64,000 bases of DNA from an uncultured Collinsella sp. (GTDB lineage: Bacteria > Actinomycetota > Coriobacteriia > Coriobacteriales > Coriobacteriaceae), in assembly GCA_902491345.1 (NCBI GenBank), contig CABUHI010000004.1:33306-97305 (forward strand), given 5' to 3'. Below, one piece after another: positions 60,229 to 64,000 of this stretch; the first letter of the stretch is position 1; each line of letters opens with the position of its first letter. The notes beneath the pieces are model-generated. The model did not search any database. It saw only the letters and a program-made list of their open reading frames with translations, and was not told the origin of the DNA. The translations under genes and the position numbers were made by a program.

Positions 60229-61272
60229 ATGGAAAAGCTCGATGTGGTGAATGCTGCGCTTGGCGCTTTGAAGGCTGGTAAGACGTGCGAGCTGGTGGTA
60301 GTGGCCGGCACGGCAGGGTCATCGCCGCGCGGCGTGGGCGCCTGGATGGCCGTCTTTGCCGACGGTAGCCAAGCGGGCACCATCGGCGGCGGCAAAATCG
60401 AGCTCTTTGCGCTCGATGAGGCGCGCGAGCTGCTGGCCGGGGGTCAATCGCGTCTGGTCCGCTACACCATGGGCGGCGAGAACTCCGATACCGGCATGAT
60501 CTGCGGCGGAGCCATCTGCCTGTGCTATCTGCACCTGGACGCGACCAAGGTACCGTTGCTCCAGTCGGTTGCCAACGTCTTGGCCTATCGGCGCATCGGC
60601 GACTTCGTCATCGACTTTGAACCGTTTATCGCGAGCGCGCTCGAGGGCGATGTGGCCGAGTACCATGGCGAGGAATCGCGCCGCACCATTGCGGGCTGCC
60701 CCGGGCTTTCGCTGGTGGAGGAGGGGAGTAAGGTCACCTACACCAACGCGGCCTCTGAGATTCCCGCGGCGCACATCGAGACGCTCTGCCCCGAGGGCCT
60801 GACCTATATCTTTGGCTGCGGCCACGTGGGCGCCGCGACGGCGCGGGTGCTTACGGCGGCGGGCTTTGCCGTCGTGGCGTGCGACGACCGCCCCGGCACG
60901 CTGACCCCCGATTGGGTGCCCGGTGTCTACGACCGTCGTCTGGTCGACTACAAGAGCCTGAGCAAGCAGTGCCCCATCGGCCCGCGCGACCTGGTGGTCG
61001 TCGCCACGGCGGGTCACAAGTCCGATATCGACGTGGTGATTCAGGCCATGCGTGCCAAACCCGCCTATCTGGGCTGCTTGGGCTCGCGTCGCAAGACGGC
61101 CTTTGTGCGTGCCCGCCTGGAGCAGGAGGGCTTTACGCAGGACCAGATCGACGAGCTGCACCTGCCGATCGGCGTTGCCATCGAGGCCGAGGATCCCGAG
61201 GAGATCGCTATCTCCATTGCCGCCGAGATGATCCACCTGCGCCGCACCAAGCTCGTCCCCCGCAAGCGCTAA
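60229..61272 (+). CDS. XdhC/CoxI family xanthine dehydrogenase maturation factor
   Basis: GSSPR, GTIGGG, GMICGG, FGCGHVG, YLGCLGSRRK, PEEIAISIAAE. Confidence 0.92.
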   Translation: MEKLDVVNAALGALKAGKTCELVVVAGTAGSSPRGVGAWMAVFADGSQAGTIGGGKIELFALDEARELLAGGQSRLVRYTMGGENSDTGMICGGAICLCYLHLDATKVPLLQSVANVLAYRRIGDFVIDFEPFIASALEGDVAEYHGEESRRTIAGCPGLSLVEEGSKVTYTNAASEIPAAHIETLCPEGLTYIFGCGHVGAATARVLTAAGFAVVACDDRPGTLTPDWVPGVYDRRLVDYKSLSKQCPIGPRDLVVVATAGHKSDIDVVIQAMRAKPAYLGCLGSRRKTAFVRARLEQEGFTQDQIDELHLPIGVAIEAEDPEEIAISIAAEMIHLRRTKLVPRKR

Positions 61273-61289
61273 TCGCATCCCCACCAATA

Positions 61290-61356
61290 AGTTGCGGTGA
61301 AATACGGATTGTTTAAGCCTGTTAGGCCGCCCAACAGTCCCTATTTCACCGCAACT
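61290..61356. repeat. Palindromic unit with 24-bp arms and 19-nt loop
   Basis: AGTTGCGGTGAAATACGGATTGTT ... AACAGTCCCTATTTCACCGCAACT (two mismatches). Confidence 0.75.
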
Positions 61357-61417
61357 GCTTGTTGGGACCCATTTGTGCGGGGGAGTTGTGGAGTTGTGCA
61401 GGCAGACGAGGTTTTTC

Positions 61418-61446
61418 TGGAAATACGCTCCCGATGCGCGTATAGT
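61418..61446 (+). promoter_or_regulatory. Putative promoter for the rplE-rpsE segment
   Basis: TGGAAA-17 bp-TATAGT, about 140 bp upstream of rplE. Confidence 0.5.
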
Positions 61447-61583
61447 ACCGATTGTTTTGTCGGCTCCTGCTGCGTCGAGTCCAAACCGCGAAATGCCATG
61501 AGCGGCGCGGATGCAGCCAGGAGGCACGAGGACAACCCATCGTGGCCACGCCCCGTGCTTAAAACCCCAAGAAGGAGTGAACA

Positions 61584-62141
61584 ATGGCAGAAGAGAAGTA
61601 TGTGCCGCGTCTGAAGACCAAGTACAACAACGAGGTCAAGCAGCAGCTTCAGGACAAGTTCCAGTACGAGAACGTCATGATGATCCCCAAGTTTGAGAAG
61701 ATCGTCGTGAACATGGGTGTCGGCGAGGCCGCTACCGATTCCAAGGCCATCGACGGTGCCGTGCGCGACCTGCGCGCCATCACCGGCCAGCAGCCGATGA
61801 TCACCCGTGCCCGCAAGTCCATCGCTACCTTCCGCCTGCGCGCTGGTATGCCGATCGGCTGCAAGGTTACCCTGCGTGGCGACCGTATGTGGGAGTTCTT
61901 CGATCGTCTGACCTCCGTCGCGATCCCCCGTATCCGCGACTTCCGCGGCATCTCCGCCAAGAGCTTCGACGGCCGTGGTAACTTCTCCATGGGCGTCACC
62001 GAGCAGCTCATCTTCCCCGAGATCGACTTCGACTCCGTCGATCACCAGCGTGGTATGGACATCACTTTCGTGACCACCGCCAACACCGATGAGGAGGCCA
62101 AGGCCCTTCTGGACGCCTTCGGTTTCCCGTTCAAGAAATAG
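61584..62141 (+). CDS. rplE: 50S ribosomal protein L5
   Basis: [31 protein letters not shown]. Confidence 0.98.
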   Translation: MAEEKYVPRLKTKYNNEVKQQLQDKFQYENVMMIPKFEKIVVNMGVGEAATDSKAIDGAVRDLRAITGQQPMITRARKSIATFRLRAGMPIGCKVTLRGDRMWEFFDRLTSVAIPRIRDFRGISAKSFDGRGNFSMGVTEQLIFPEIDFDSVDHQRGMDITFVTTANTDEEAKALLDAFGFPFKK

Positions 62142-62220
62142 GTTCACCTGCCCTATAAGCGCCGTTCCCACAAGGGGGCGGCGCTTGGGGCGAACAATAC
62201 TCTATGTGAGGAGGATATAA

Positions 62221-62406
62221 GTGGCTAAGACATCGATGATCGTCAAGTGCAATCGCAAGCAGAAGTTCTCTACTCGTGAGTACACGCGCTGCCAGCGCTG
62301 CGGCCGTCCGCACTCTGTGTACCGCAAGTTCGGCCTGTGCCGTGTCTGCTTCCGCGAGCTTGCACTCAAGGGCGAGCTTCCCGGCGTTAAGAAGGCCAGC
62401 TGGTAA
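62221..62406 (+). CDS. rpsN: 30S ribosomal protein S14, short zinc-binding (type Z) form
   Basis: 61 aa, [25 protein letters not shown]. Confidence 0.97.
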   Translation: MAKTSMIVKCNRKQKFSTREYTRCQRCGRPHSVYRKFGLCRVCFRELALKGELPGVKKASW

Positions 62407-62525
62407 GTCACTACCAGCGTTTCAAGCATCAGTTTGGAACAGGGAAAACGCGCTAAAAAGGCTTTGCCGTTAAGGGCGGCGAAGAACCAAGAGCACGTGT
62501 TCATCAAGAACGAAGGAGAATCTGT

Positions 62526-62924
62526 ATGAACCTTACAGACCCGATCGCAGATATGCTTACGCGCATCCGTAACGCTAACTCTGTGAACAAGGCCACGGTC
62601 TCCATGCCGAGCAGCAAGAAGCTCGTCGAGATCGCTCGTGTTCTGCACGAGGAGGGCTACATCGAGGGCTACGATGTCGAGGACACCGTTCCCCAGAAGA
62701 CTCTGCACATCACGCTTAAGTATGGTCCCAAGAAGGCTAAGGTCATCAACGGCATCCGCCGCATTTCCAAGCCGGGCCTGCGTAAGTACACCGGCGTTGC
62801 CGACATGCCCCGCGTCCGCGGTGGCCTTGGTACCGCCATTATTTCCACCAGCCATGGCGTCATGACCGACCGCGATGCTCGCAAGCACAACGTCGGCGGC
62901 GAGATCATCGCTTACGTCTGGTAA
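62526..62924 (+). CDS. rpsH: 30S ribosomal protein S8
   Basis: [29 protein letters not shown]. Confidence 0.98.
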   Translation: MNLTDPIADMLTRIRNANSVNKATVSMPSSKKLVEIARVLHEEGYIEGYDVEDTVPQKTLHITLKYGPKKAKVINGIRRISKPGLRKYTGVADMPRVRGGLGTAIISTSHGVMTDRDARKHNVGGEIIAYVW

Positions 62925-62957
62925 TTCGCTCGGTAGGTAGAAGGAAAGGAGATCACC

Positions 62958-63494
62958 GTGTCTCGTATCGGTAATAAGCCTGTCCAGATTCCCGCCGGAG
63001 TCGAAGTGGCAGTCAACGGCAACAACGTTGTCGTCAAGGGCCCCAAGGGCCAGCTCGAGCTCGATGTCTTTGAGAAGCTCACTATCAACGTCGAGGACAA
63101 CGTCCTCACTGTTTCCCGTCCCGACGACGAGCGTGAGACCCGTGCCCGCCACGGCCTCACCCGCGCCCTCATCCACAACATGGTTGTTGGCGTTTCCGAG
63201 GGCTTCGAGAAGAAGCTCGAGCTCGCCGGCGTTGGTTACCGCGTGCAGCAGAAGGGCAAGAACCTCGAGTTCTCCCTGGGCTTCTCGCACCCCGTGATCG
63301 TCGAGGCTCCCGAGGGCATCACCTTCGAGGTTCCCGACAACACCCACGTGAACGTCAAGGGTATCAACAAGCAGCAGGTCGGTCAGATCGCCGCTGAGAT
63401 CCGCGGCCATCGTCCTCCCGAGCCTTACAAGGGCAAGGGTATCCACTACGTTGGCGAGCACATCCGCCGCAAGCTGGGTAAGGCCGCCAAGTAG
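62958..63494 (+). CDS. rplF: 50S ribosomal protein L6
   Basis: [28 protein letters not shown]. Confidence 0.98.
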   Translation: MSRIGNKPVQIPAGVEVAVNGNNVVVKGPKGQLELDVFEKLTINVEDNVLTVSRPDDERETRARHGLTRALIHNMVVGVSEGFEKKLELAGVGYRVQQKGKNLEFSLGFSHPVIVEAPEGITFEVPDNTHVNVKGINKQQVGQIAAEIRGHRPPEPYKGKGIHYVGEHIRRKLGKAAK

Positions 63495-63569
63495 TCGTAA
63501 CCGACTCACTCGCATAAGACCAGCACCCCGTCAGGTGCTGGCAAGATCAACCTTTTTAGGAGTTTACGT

Positions 63570-63938
63570 ATGAACAAGCATAAGGCGAAGCTGGAAGGCC
63601 TCAAGCGTCGTCAGCGTCGTGTTCGCGGCAAGGTCTCGGGTACCTCCGAGCGTCCGCGTCTTCGCGTGACCCGTACTAACGCCAACATCTATGCCCAGAT
63701 CATCGACGACAGCAAGGGCTCCAGCCTGACGCTCGTCTCTGCCTCGACCCTCGAGGCCGAGTTCAAGGGCACCCACACCTCGAACAAGGAGGCTGCGGAG
63801 AAGGTCGGTCAGCTCGTTGGCAAGCGTGCCATCGAGGCCGGCATCACCAAGGTCGCCTTCGATCGCGGTGGCCGTATCTACCATGGCCGCGTCAAGGCCC
63901 TCGCCGACGGTGCTCGTGCCGCCGGTCTCGAGTTCTAG
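63570..63938 (+). CDS. rplR: 50S ribosomal protein L18
   Basis: [26 protein letters not shown]. Confidence 0.98.
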   Translation: MNKHKAKLEGLKRRQRRVRGKVSGTSERPRLRVTRTNANIYAQIIDDSKGSSLTLVSASTLEAEFKGTHTSNKEAAEKVGQLVGKRAIEAGITKVAFDRGGRIYHGRVKALADGARAAGLEF

Positions 63939-63952
63939 GAGGTATGTAGCAC

Positions 63953-64000
63953 ATGGCTCGTAATCAGAAGCAGCAGCGCGAGGCCTCCGAGTTCGAGGAG
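63953..64000 (+). CDS. rpsE: 30S ribosomal protein S5, N-terminal fragment (runs off window)
   Basis: ATG after AGGAGG directly downstream of rplR (MARNQKQQREASEFEE); assigned by operon order. Confidence 0.75.
   Translation, partial: MARNQKQQREASEFEE

Noticed and set aside
20072..61272. Selenoproteins (UGA-Sec) in the selenium-linked cluster
   Set aside because: All cluster genes read as full-length without in-frame TGA; YqeB/YqeC systems use a labile selenium cofactor instead.

Overview
High-GC bacterial chromosome segment. Gene content and protein style suggest Coriobacteriia, Collinsella-like (inference). The window has three nested layers. (1) The S10/spc ribosomal protein cluster runs rplC-rplX at 5.1-10.9 kb with no rpsJ in front, then resumes only at 61.6 kb with rplE-rpsN-rpsH-rplF-rplR-rpsE, so it is split by about 50.7 kb. 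(2) Inside the gap are some housekeeping genes and a selenium-dependent molybdenum hydroxylase / anaerobic purine (urate) catabolism cluster in two halves: NCS2 permease-ssnA-ygfK-ferredoxin-xdh at 18.5-27.9 kb, and ygeX-ygeY-ygeW-mocA-hydA-yqeC-yqeB-xdhC at 52.3-61.3 kb. Each half has a divergent YheO-like PAS-HTH regulator. (3) Between the halves is a ~22 kb defence-like island with no integrase: two ATPase-nuclease genes, a DEDDh exonuclease, an Abi_C protein, a type I R-M operon with an embedded unknown gene, a large unknown protein, a GmrSD-like nuclease and an AbiEi/AbiEii pair. The most unusual signal is a pair of strictly periodic 62-bp palindromic repeat arrays (8 and 3 units) flanking one AbiEi-like/PD-(D/E)XK-like gene at 28.0-29.9 kb. 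Several other intergenic palindrome families and a 5 x 23-bp tandem array are also present. No rRNA, tRNA, cas gene, integrase or transposase was recognised. All family calls come from reading motifs by eye; no database searches were run.
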